In this document: piece by piece, positions 1-9,849 of the stretch
Layout: every line of letters starts with the position of its first letter
How positions within the stretch are numbered: the first letter of the stretch is position 1
NCBI RefSeq assembly: GCF_011386835.1
Contig: NC_088800.1
Location: 81,778,001-81,842,000, forward strand
Length of the DNA: 64,000 nucleotides
Origin: Chrysemys picta bellii
Taxonomy: Eukaryota
Reading direction: 5' to 3'
Notes under the pieces: model-generated
The model's input: only the letters and a program-made list of their open reading frames with translations
What the model was told of the DNA's origin: nothing
Databases searched by the model: none
Position numbers and translations under genes: made by a program

Positions 1-95
1 GCACAGCAAGCCCCTGTCTGCTAGAATCACCACGTTACCCAGTCACTGGTAAGGTGCGCTGTCAATAGCAGAAATCCACTCGGTGTTAGACTCAC

Positions 96-303
96 CTGCA
101 GGTTACATGCATATTTAGTGGGGTGAATGGGAGGGTGAGCCTGATCGGATTTGGTCCCATTCCGAGGGGTTGGCCCACCCCGGTCTAGAATCCCCTGTGC
201 AAAGGCTCCCCAGTTGGGGTCTTCGGTCTGCTGTTGTACCAAAGAAGAGAGGTTTAGGTCTTTGGGGAAAATGTTGGTCTCAGTTCGGGGATAGCTTATG
301 TAC
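96..303 (-). CDS. TOP3A: TOP3A coding exon 11 (catalytic Tyr, YISYPRTET...YACNLQ)
   Basis: Acceptor AG at 305-304; donor GTGAG at 95-91. Confidence 0.95.
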
Positions 304-3300
304 CTTAGAGACAAAAAGAAAAACAAATCAACCACACTGGATGCTGACCAGTCACCGTTCCTCTTGTGGGTTCTTCCCATTTCCGATGAAGGGTCTGCTG
401 TTTTGTAACAGGTATTTCATTCCAGCACATCCAGGTCTGGAATTCTTACCCTTGAGTGTAGAGCTTTTCTGCTATTTTCATGGTTTCTTTGGCATTTATT
501 TTCAGCTTGCGGGAAGCCAGCTTCTCAAGTTCCTGTGTCATAAAGAGACAAAGAAGAACGGGAATATTCACCACACAAACCTGGCCAGTCACTAAAACTC
601 GTATTCAATGCTCCTTTAAAAATATATATATATATATTTAGCATCATCGTATCAAACATACCACAGTGTCTAGTGCCAGGGGCCTCCATTTGCTCTTCGG
701 TTTGCTCCCAATCTCGACAACAGTTGCCGTCGGATCCTAAGCACAGAGCACGCAGAAAGGAAAATCAAACGGAAGTGTCTAAATGGAGTGCTGTTTAAAG
801 GTGCCCACGAGGCAGCAGCTGCTGTCTAATGCTTCTGCCAACCAGAAGGTAAAAGGCAGAAAGGCTTGTTTGATGCCGGACACTGTATGGTTGACAAGGT
901 TTCCTACCTCCATACACATGTGGTACAGGACAAGGCATGCTGTGTGGTTAAAGAGTCGGTTCCTCTTCCAGTTGAAGTCTACCATGCCGTCCTCATGTTC
1001 ATGGGTCACTGCATTGAAAAGGAGGTCACCACATCAGAGAAATGGTACAAAGCAAGACTGCACTGGCTAGACAGGGACGGAAAAGGGGGCCACAGAAAGC
1101 TCGCATACTTTTGGGAAACCTTCCCAACTGTGCTGAATGACCATGGCAAAGGAAGGGGAAAATGGCACATCTGTAGCAATGTTTGTGCATTACACAGAAG
1201 CATCTCCCTCATTCGTATTTTTCAGTCAAGCCGTGCTTCGTTTCCTTTTCAAAAGCACTGAACCCTGAGAGCACTGCACTAATGTCCCAGAACATACCTT
1301 TAATTTTATAGAAGGCCTCAGGAACAAAGGCCTGGATGGCTTTAAACCTTTCTACCACAAATCCCAGAGTTGGGAACTGACAGCTACCATAGCTGATCAA
1401 CTGCTCGGCTAGAACGTCGGGGAAGAGCTTCTGGAGCCTCAGGGTCTGGAATCTGGTGAAGGCGGCACCTGGAAGAAAACAAAAAGGGATTTTAAAGTTG
1501 GGATAATCATTTTAAAAAGTAATCACACTACCTGCAAGCTTGGTTTCGGTTACTCAACTGACATGAAATGCAGAGGCCAAGCAAGTGTCACAGAAATAGT
1601 TAAGAACCTAACAGCTCCTTCAAAGAACAACTATTTTATTGGAAACAACTGAGTGACGACATGATCTATTGGTCTCAGAGCTAAATCTCCTGCCCCAGAA
1701 ATCAATTTTTGCATTTCTGTCTCATGTCACGGGGATGTGCAAATAGATGATTTTGAACCACTATCACCTGCTGTGCTTTGGAAGAATAAACAACGAGAGC
1801 TCTTTATCCTGGAACTAACACAATAGCCTAAAGGAGTTGAGATACTTGAACCCCTCCACTTTGTGAGCTGTATATTGATAGCAAAGCAATGAAAGCTCCC
1901 GAACATCAATTACCTGCCAGGGCAATTTTACAGAATCCCTTTAAGGAGAGATTTACAGAGCATCAAAAACTTAGCTACTGCCCACCCTAGCTTCATACCT
2001 ATCCTAAGGTCCAGCTCCTGTCTGACATCCACAGCATCGCTAATGTTCTGATTGGGTTGGACGAGGTTCTCACAGGCTGCTCTTACGGCACGAGGAGTGA
2101 TCTCGGAAAAGCGGGCTCGGAACACCTGAAGGCTTGGCTTCACTATCAACCAGAAAGAGGGATCAGACATGATTTTCAACCCAATGGCAGAGACTGAACA
2201 CTCAGTGATTTCCTTTAAAACTATCGGTAGTAGAACCAGAACCAGTTTAAGCTTTCAAAGTAACCCCATTCAAGGTAGACGACATATATAGGCTGATCTG
2301 GAGTCCAAAAATAAAGTCCTTTTTAGACCACTGAAGCTTTATAATGTCCTAGTTAGTTTCACGGATTTCACTCTTGTAAATCTAGTTTAAAAACAAAAAC
2401 AAAAGACCGACATCTAGTAAGTGGGGGCCATTTTTATATCTTTGCAGTCAAAAGGATCCAGGTGATGGTTTCCAATGACACCCTTCTGCACTCCCAAGTG
2501 CAGCTCCCAAAACTGGCCTAGAGTTATCATAACATAAATGGAAAAGTGCTGACAAGGCCTCTAGCAGTGGGAGAGAGGGACAGAGGAAAAAGCTCAGTTA
2601 CTTTGGAGAGAGTAGAAACCTAAGTTACTCCTGCTTGGTCATCTTAATGTGACTACATTCACAGTCCCCATCTCATCTCTTTACATTATCTGGGAAGTGA
2701 ACTGGGCAGTGACAATTAAGCAAGCCTAGATGGAATTTCACTGTATGGGTAGAAAGATGCGTTTACAATACAGCTGAGAAAATTCTACATTCACTTCTGA
2801 TACCCAACATTACCAGACAGCCAAGACGAGCCTTTATACCTTGACTGCAAGTTCTGTCCAACTTAAACTGTATATTTTGGCTATGGCAGCAATAAATGTG
2901 TTGGACAAAAAACCCCTCACTAAATGTTAACCCAGTCCATACCAGCTGTGCTGCCTCCACCCACCAAGACTCGGTTGAAATCAATGGACTGGAAATGTAG
3001 CCCCGTTGCTGGTGACGTGTTACATTAACACATCCCTGGTACAGTCAACGCCACAGCCAGTGCATTCTACTTGGATCTACTGCAAACATTCAGCAGCAGC
3101 CTTTGGGGTTACATTGCTGAACAAGATATCTTTTTAGTCAGCATTTCAAAGAATGAAACAGTAAGACCTCCACCCACCAGCTTTGCAAACGTGGATTATC
3201 TCAAAACCAATGTTCTCTCCTTCTCGATCGCAGTCGGTCCAGATCACCAGAGCCTGGCACTGCCGGGCTTCTCGTTCTAGGGTTTTCTGAGATGAGAGAA

Positions 3301-6300
3301 TGGCACAGCATGAGACACAGCAAGTCACTTATCATGCCATCTATTTTAGTCCAGGAGTGAATCACCAACAGCAACGTCAACAGTCTAACTTGATCTTGAA
3401 ACGGAACACGTATCCATAGCGACAAATTTATTATAGTGAATTGTTCTGATTTTCCATTCTATTGCATGCAACATATCCCATTATTTTAGCCTTACTGACT
3501 GCAGAGATGTATGTGCACACGAGACCACCATGTGTGTACTTTTTCCTCTCTCTTGTGCATATATCTGAAATTAACTGCATTGGCTGCTCTGCATATTTTC
3601 AACTAAAATATAATTTTATTCATACAAAACACACCAGAGAGAGTAGAACCTCATTAATTTTCCCTAAGCTAATTAGGGGAGTGTTCAGGCATTGTACTAA
3701 TTTCCTGGTTGCAAAGGGGTGCTGGCGTAACGCTGTATGAGAGCAGTGCCACGTGGCCATTTCTGAGAACAAGATGTGTATCTCACGAGGCTAGTCAGTG
3801 AGCTAACAGGTTTTGATGACTATAGTAAATACTCACTTATCTGCATCCATTTTATACAAAAATAGTCATTATCTAAATTTGGATCGTGTCCCTTAATATG
3901 TTTTATTAAACACAGGACTTTCCGATGTAATCTAGATGGAACTGGGGCCATTAATACTTTGATTCCAATAGAGGGGATTCTACTTCAAATAAATCAGTCC
4001 TTTGACCTGACTGCCTAATTGTGCGTAGGCTAGGAAACTAAGTTCAAAGGCAGACAGCATGTATAGTCTGAAGAACGAGAGAGAAAATATTTATGTTGGC
4101 TACAGTCCCAGAGAGCTAAAGGTTATGGACAGAGGTCCAGTCCTCTCTCTGTCTGCACCAATATTTGTGGAACCTGTCACTAATATTTGAGTATCACGTA
4201 GCCTTTTAAAAGCACATACCTTAATATCCACAAAGTTTTCAGGGCAGTATTTCTCAATTTCAGCTTCAAAGAGTACAAGTGGGTTGCAGCTATACCTGGG
4301 GAAGAGATGATAAACAGCAGGACTTAATGTACAAAAGAAATCAAAACATTCACAAGTGATTACCTGGTGCTTTCTATCTTTTACTGGTGTACTGTTGAAG
4401 TGCCAGAATGGTGGTTATATACTGTCCTTGTCTTAGATGAGGACACTGGTACACATACACATTAGCCAGTTCATTCATTGTCATAAGTTACATTTCACAG
4501 GCTGACCTTAAAAGGCTCACTGCGCTGCACATCTCAGCATAAAAAAAAGAGGCCAAGCAGCATGTCACCAGCTCTCTTAGATCAGTGGTACTAACCATTT
4601 GCGAAATGGCATCTTAAAGTCATGAGCCAGCAAATGTCCCGAAACAGAGGTCATCGCCACAGTAACATTCTGTAGGAAATGGATTCAGACAATTAGTTTC
4701 TAATAGTTGTTTCTGTTTTGCTAAAGCCAGGTTACGTTGGTGTCCACGAGCTCCAGACACAAGGCTCTCATTTGATGGATCAGACACATCAGTTTCTAGT
4801 CAATGATATCTGCCTTGCTTCTACTGACATAGTAATAGTTCTCCCTTCCAGCCATAGCTGAGCATTGTACACACGTTATTGTATATAATCTGGGAATTCT
4901 GAATATATAGTGATCAGATGGAAAATGCCTCCTTGACTTAATAATGCTTAGCATATATGGAGAGCTTTTCATTGATGGATCTCACAATGCTATTTTACAG
5001 ATGGGAAAACCAGTGCAGAGAGATGTAAAATGACTTCAGGCCACACTGGAGGTCAGTGGCAGAGCCAGACGTAGAAGTCAGATCTCTTGACTCTTAGACC
5101 TGGCCCTTGACCACTGAACCATACTGTATCTGTAGGAGATAAAGACAGCACAACACTGATAGTGGAAAAGACATTTCCCCGATGTGTTCAAATGAAAACA
5201 TGAGATCTCAATTTCACAATAATTTGGCCATTCTTCATACACACATTCCTTGCACAGATATCTCCATTACTGAATACATAATTCTGTACCATCGTAGTTA
5301 ATGTTTTTGTTAGATGATCTATCAGCATTTTGTGTTTCCCTGAACCAGAATGGTTATACAGCGTGATGAAAAAAAGATGGAACCCTACCTGGCCAAACAT
5401 ATGATAGTCATATTCATAGATCTTGTTGAATTTGGAAAACCCTTCTCTCTAGACAAAAAATGGAAAAGATGTTTAAAAAATTGCTCCCCCACAAAAACAA
5501 AACAAAACAAAACACTCCAAATCAATATACACAAATAACAGCTATAGCAGAAACCATGTAAATATGTGACAAATGAAAAACAGGCTGCTGGTGTTCAGGT
5601 GTCCAATAATTTTTCAGATTAAATTAAATAAGACCTAGAGGAAAGGCAGGCTGAAAGGAAATGATACTGGCCATTTATAGAAACATTTGACACTTAATGG
5701 TGCTTTACAGTGTCAGAGCACTGTACAACACTCCTGAGAGACATGTTGAAGACTGAAAAATATTCCAAGTTCCCAATGAACAACTGTCATCTTACAAAAA
5801 CGACACGTAATTCATCACACACAGTTCCGAGTGTATCTTCCACTTATCAAGGTTTGTAGAGGTTTCTAGATTGGGCCCAAACATTTCACATTATCTTCTT
5901 TGGAAGCGTGTTGTTATCTAGATTGATTCAGACCATCAATTCTCAAGTAATCAATATTTTTTTTTTACTTCTATCATATCTTTCAACCTAGGATCTACCT
6001 GCACTTTTATAAACATTAAGCCTCCCAGCACCCTGCCATAAGGATATTAGACCTAATTTACATAAGGGTAGATTGAGGTACTGAGAGGTTACATGAATTG
6101 ACCATTGTCACATAACATGGCTTCCTTGACCACGGGATGCTGTTCCGGGAAGAAGGGCTGCTAAGCAGAGATGGGGTCCATCTATCTAGGAAGGGGAAGA
6201 GCATATTTGGATACAGACTGGCTAACCTAGTGAGGAGGGCTTTAAACTAAGTTCAACAGGGACAGATGACAAAAGCCCACAGGTAAGTCAAAAACATGGA

Positions 6301-7894
6301 GACCTGGGAAAAGGGTCAGATCTGGCGGGAGCATGGGCTGTTATAGCAGGGATAAGGGGGAGATAAGAGAGAACATACAGGGGAAATCAAATCAGAATCT
6401 TAGGGCTTGTCTACACTTACATTTTATAGCGCTCTAAGTTGCTGACTCAGGGGGGTGAAAAATCACCCCCGAGTGCAGCAAGTCTGAGCGCTTTAAAGCG
6501 CTACTGTAAACAGGTTCCGAGCGCTGGGAGCGCGTGGAGGTGGATTACCAGGAGCGCTGGGAGAGCTCTCCACACTCGCACTTCAAAGCGCTGCCACGGG
6601 AGCGTTCCCGCGACAGCGCTTTGAAGTTTCCAGTGTAGCCATGCCCGTAGAGATCTGTATGCTAATGTGAGAAGTATGGGGAATAAGCAGGAAGAACTTG
6701 AAATGCGAGTTAATAAACACAACGATGACATAGTTGGCATCACAGAGGTAGATAATATGCATGACTGGAATATTGGTATAGAAGGGTATAGCTCGCCCAG
6801 GAAGGGGGAAAAGGGAGGTGTTGCCTTACATGAATGGCAGAACAGGAACAGTACATTGAGTTCTCTGCTCGAACCACTAAATCATATTCACCGTGTTAAA
6901 AATTTAAGCCACTGGAATTTGATGAGCAATAACAGCACTGCAAGAAGCAGCATTTTTTGACCTCTAAACCAATTGCATTACATGGCAGGAGATGCGCATG
7001 GCTGTTTCAAGTGCTAATATTTCTCACATATACAACAGATTGCAAGTTAGGAACGACAGCTGAAAATTCACCAAGGCAGCACCTCACTAGAACAGACAAG
7101 ACACAGTCCATATTTCTGTGCGTCTGGAAACAAAGATTAGGACTAAAAAACAGGATTTCAACATTGCTTCAGTCACAAGGGGAAATGAGTCTGGTGCTGT
7201 CAGCCTCATCTTGTCCGATATGCATTTGTCCATCTCACCTAACCTGGCCCAGTTCATCTTCAGTAGGAATCTGTTTGGGAAAGGCCAGAGACTGGAATAG
7301 CACAAGCTGTTGCATGTAAGGATTGAAGTGCACTGGTAGAGCTCTGCAGAGTGGCCCACGGTTCTAACAAAACATGGTGCTGCAGGTCGGGACTGATTTA
7401 AATTGGCACTAAAATGAGGATGCAGCTTGCACATTTCCTGGCTCTAATGGGAGCTCAAGGAGACAATGCAAGCCTTGCATTTTAATGTGATCACAGAAAA
7501 ATAACATCAGCTTTAAACAGTCTCGGTAGTGGTATTTAGACTCTCTAGGGCAGCCCCACTATGTTATATCTATTTTAAGACCAAATGAATTAACCCAGAA
7601 ACAACTGAATGATTGGCAAGTACCCCTAACAAGTTGTTTATGTAGCTGGAGAAACAAAGCACAACTAGAAAGTGACCCAAAAAGAAACCGTTGCTTTTAC
7701 TCTCTTACCCGCCTCATTCTGCTATTGGAGAGAATATCTGCAATTCCTCTGGCAGCATCATTTTTCTCTGCCACACAGAGGACCTTCTGAATCTTTCGGA
7801 ATGTCATATCCTCTGCAGCCTGGGAGAAGAGACTCCAGGACTGAGACAGCAACCTGACCCCACAGCGGGCAAAAAGCCTGGCCTGAAAGTTCAT
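96..7894 (-). CDS. TOP3A: DNA topoisomerase 3-alpha, 5' part of gene (3' part beyond left edge); join complement(7709..7894,5389..5448,4596..4669,4220..4295,3178..3286,1999..2142,1298..1468,908..1008,662..736,450..532,96..303)
   Basis: Spliced translation matches TOP3A: KVLCVAEKNDAA, TOPRIM WTDCDREGENIG, RQELDLRIG, SYGSCQFPTLGFVVER, catalytic GYISYPRTET, QAHPPIHPT. All introns GT-AG with consistent phases; 1287 nt (429 codons) in window. Confidence 0.97.
450..532 (-). CDS. TOP3A: TOP3A coding exon 10 (ELEKLASRKLKINAKETMKIAEKLYTQG)
   Basis: Acceptor AG at 534-533; donor GTAAG at 449-445. Confidence 0.95.
662..736 (-). CDS. TOP3A: TOP3A coding exon 9 (DPTATVVEIGSKPKSKWRPLALDTV)
   Basis: Acceptor AG at 738-737; donor GTATG at 661-657. 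Confidence 0.95.
908..1008 (-). CDS. TOP3A: TOP3A coding exon 8 (THEHEDGMVDFNWKRNRLFNHTACLVLYHMCME)
   Basis: Acceptor AG at 1010-1009; donor GTAGG at 907-903. Confidence 0.95.
1298..1468 (-). CDS. TOP3A: TOP3A coding exon 7 (AAFTRFQTLRLQKLFPDVLAEQLISYGSCQFPTLGFVVERFK...)
   Basis: Acceptor AG at 1470-1469; donor GTATG at 1297-1293. Confidence 0.95.
1999..2142 (-). CDS. TOP3A: TOP3A coding exon 6 (KPSLQVFRARFSEIT...RQELDLRI)
   Basis: Acceptor AG at 2144-2143; donor GTATG at 1998-1994. Confidence 0.95.
3178..3286 (-). CDS. TOP3A: TOP3A coding exon 5 (KTLEREARQCQALVIWTDCDREGENIGFEIIHVCKA)
   Basis: Acceptor AG at 3288-3287; donor GTGGG at 3177-3173. Confidence 0.95.
4220..4295 (-). CDS. TOP3A: TOP3A coding exon 4 (YSCNPLVLFEAEIEKYCPENFVDIK)
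   Basis: Acceptor AG at 4297-4296; donor GTATG at 4219-4215. Confidence 0.95.
4596..4669 (-). CDS. TOP3A: TOP3A coding exon 3 (NVTVAMTSVSGHLLAHDFKMPFRK)
   Basis: Acceptor AG at 4671-4670; donor GTTAG at 4595-4591. Confidence 0.95.
4985..5130 (-). mobile_element. MIR/CORE-SINE-like relic
   Basis: ttttacagatgggaaaacc...tgacttcaggccacac...agtggcagagccag...gaagtcagatctcttgactc...accactgaaccatactg resembles the recalled MIR consensus core; diverged, boundaries approximate. Confidence 0.6.
5389..5448 (-). CDS. TOP3A: TOP3A coding exon 2 (REGFSKFNKIYEYDYHMFGQ)
   Basis: Acceptor AG at 5450-5449; donor GTAGG at 5388-5384. Confidence 0.95.
6119..6830 (+). mobile_element. CR1 LINE internal fragment (ORF1 esterase C-terminus plus ORF2 endonuclease N-terminus), interrupted by a MITE
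   Basis: 6119-6250 reads GFLDHGMLFREEGLLSRDGVHLSRKGKSIFGYRLANLVRRALN* (CR1 ORF1 SGNH DGVHL motif). 6650-6830 reads ..RSMGNKQEELE..DIVGITE..HDWNIGIEGYS..KGGVAL (AP-endonuclease start of ORF2), degenerate. Confidence 0.9.
6403..6646. mobile_element. PIF/Harbinger-like MITE
   Basis: TIRs GGGCTTGTCTACACT / AGTGTAGCCATGCCC; TTA before the left end, GTA after the right end (degenerate 3-bp TSD); CR1 sequence resumes after it. Confidence 0.8.
7709..7894 (-). CDS. TOP3A: TOP3A first coding exon (MNFQARLF...EDMTFRKIQKVLCVAEKNDAARGIADILSNSRMRR)
   Basis: ATG at 7894, second in-frame ATG at 7807; donor GTAAG at 7708-7704; acceptor CTCTCAG ends at 7896, one base before the ATG. Confidence 0.9.
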
Positions 7895-8294
7895 TCTGAG
7901 AGCTGAGGGCAGCTCCCAACTTGCCAAGACATGTTGCCCCTTCCTCAGGCTGCTGCCACTTTCCCGCAATCAGACACCAACATGTATCAGTAAAAGTCTT
8001 GGCTTAAGGATTCCACCTCCAGGAGGCGATCTCACACGGTGAGCAACCACTCTAAAGTACCCCTGGCATGATTTTGATGGGGCAGTAGTTAGAGACCCTC
8101 AAGCTTCCCCACTGATGTCTGCTGGCAGCTCACTGTAAATTCCACCTCACATGGTTTTAGAAGTTAAAGCAGATGCTAACTCAGGAGGTATATCTGAGCT
8201 AGAAGAGATTTCCAGTCCCTTCCCCAATAACAATGCAGTATTTACCCCATCACCCATGTCCTTTCCCCACTAGACTCAACCACCTGAACTCTCC

Positions 8295-8735
8295 TCCCCC
8301 TCTCAGCCCAATGGCAGGGCTCCCCCTCCTCCCTAGCCCCCTCCTCAGCCCAATGACAAGCCCCCCATACCCCCTCAGCCCAATGGCAGGGCTCCCCTCC
8401 TCCCTAGCCCCCTCCTCAGCCCAATGACAAGCCCCCCTGCCCTCCTAGCCCAATGGCAGGGCTCCCCCTCCTCCCTGTCCCCCTCCTCAGCCCAATGACA
8501 AGCCCCCCTGACCCCCTCAGCCCAATGGCAGGGCTCCCCTCCTCCCTGGCCCCCTCCTCAGCCCAATGACAAGCCCCCCTGCCCCCCTCAGCCCAATGGC
8601 AGGGCTCCCCCTCCTCCCTGGCCCCCTCCTCAGCCCAATGACAAGCCCCCCCCGCCCAATGGCAGGGCTCCCCCTCCTCCCTGGGCCCCTCCCTGCCCAA
8701 TGGCAGGGGATCCCCCTCTCCCCTCAGCCTAATGC
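8295..8735. repeat. Composite ~71-72 bp minisatellite (alternating ~42 and ~30 bp subunits), each subunit carrying CCAAT
   Basis: Units CCTCAGCCCAATGGCAGGGCTCCCCCTCCTCCCT... and CTCAGCCCAATGACAAGCCCCCC...; 12 CCAAT counted between 8308 and 8701; C-rich plus strand. Confidence 0.95.
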
Positions 8736-9450
8736 CCGGGGCTCCGCTCCCCGCTGCGCTGAGGGCTCCTAGAACCAGGGCGCCACGATTCCCTCCAATA
8801 CTTCGCCTTCCCTCCTCCCAGCCGAATTCCACGCCGCCGCCGCGGCGCACACTGTCGTGACGAGAGAGGGAAAGGGCGCCGTTTACCTATTTTTACGCCT
8901 TGCCGTAAAGTGGCACCGCCGCCTGCTGCGGGCGAGAACTACAACTCCCAAGAGGCCCCGCGGCCTCATTTCTATTTTTAAAAACGGTGATTCGCTTCCG
9001 CTCCTGCCCGCGAGGCGCCGCCGAGGCTTTCAATAACGTCTGGAGGGGTTACACTGACAGCCGTAAACAGAACAACCTAACCCGGCACCATTTCCGGGTC
9101 AAGGGTCACCGCCTGAACGGGTCATGTGATCGGAAGATGGCTGCCGGGCCGCGGGCTCTGTGAGGGAAGTGACGGTTCCTGGTTCGAGCGCCAGCCGGGG
9201 AGAAGCGGGCCGGGGACAGGGGGCCGGGGGAGCTCGGCTGGCGTTAGCGCCTGGCGTGGCGGAGGCCCCGGGCCGGGGGAGCAGCCCATCCTCCGTGCTT
9301 GCAAGGACAGCCCGAGCTGGCGGGGGCAGAGCCGGCCCCTGCCCGTGTCCGGAGTCGGGGAGAGAACCGGCCCTTTGCGGGAGGCGACCAGCGTGAGCGA
9401 GGAGCTGGCGGGGGCGGGCCGCCCCCGGCATCCTGGAGCGGGGGTGGGAC
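8735..9450. promoter_or_regulatory. CpG island / bidirectional promoter of TOP3A and SMCR8
   Basis: CpG-dense segment between divergent genes. ACTACAACTCCCA (ZNF143/THAP11-type) 8938-8950; ETS cores CGCTTCCG 8993-9000, CATTTCCGG 9089-9097, CGGAAG 9131-9136; TCATGTGA 9122-9129; YY1-like AAGATGGCTGCC 9134-9145. Confidence 0.85.
8887..8935 (-). other. TOP3A: Probable non-coding first exon of TOP3A (5' end unknown)
   Basis: Minus-strand donor AG|GTAAAC at 8887/8886 inside the CpG island; matching acceptor at 7897-7896. Inferred, no transcript data. Confidence 0.55.
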
Positions 9451-9849
9451 CGGTCCTTTGGGCTCGTGACTGTGAACCTGGGGTGGGGGAGAGGCTGAGA
9501 CTGAGCCCCAAGGACTGCGGGAGTTAGGGGTACCTGGAAACGGCGTGAAGCTGATCTCTAGGGGTGCTGAGAGCGTGGCTGGGGCTGAGACCGCTAATCC
9601 CGGGGGCTGAGAACTAAGGAATATGGGGAACTAACTTGCCAGGCACCTTGGATGAGGAGGGCTGACTCCCTCCCACCCCCCAGAGACCCAGAGGTGGGAG
9701 GACCTTAGCCCTGGACAGGGGTTGGGAAAGGAGGCAGTTCCTTTCGTGTGAGAAGCGTTTCTTCCCCTGATGGGTTTTGGTTGATCTTTTCAGTTTTGGG
9801 GTTGGGGGAAGGGTTCCCTTTTCCATGTCCTTTCACTCCACCTATAAAT

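Noticed and set aside
170-1261. Plus-strand ORFs 170..595, 783..1070 and 866..1261
   Set aside because: Antisense shadows of TOP3A exons and introns; no recognisable protein.
7960-7967. E2F consensus TTTCCCGC
   Set aside because: Single 8-mer in a CpG-poor intron ~900 bp from the promoter; likely chance.
9748-9849. N-terminal extension of SMCR8 in the ORF track
   Set aside because: Starts at GTG and crosses a probable splice acceptor at 9793; homology begins at MISAPD (9850).
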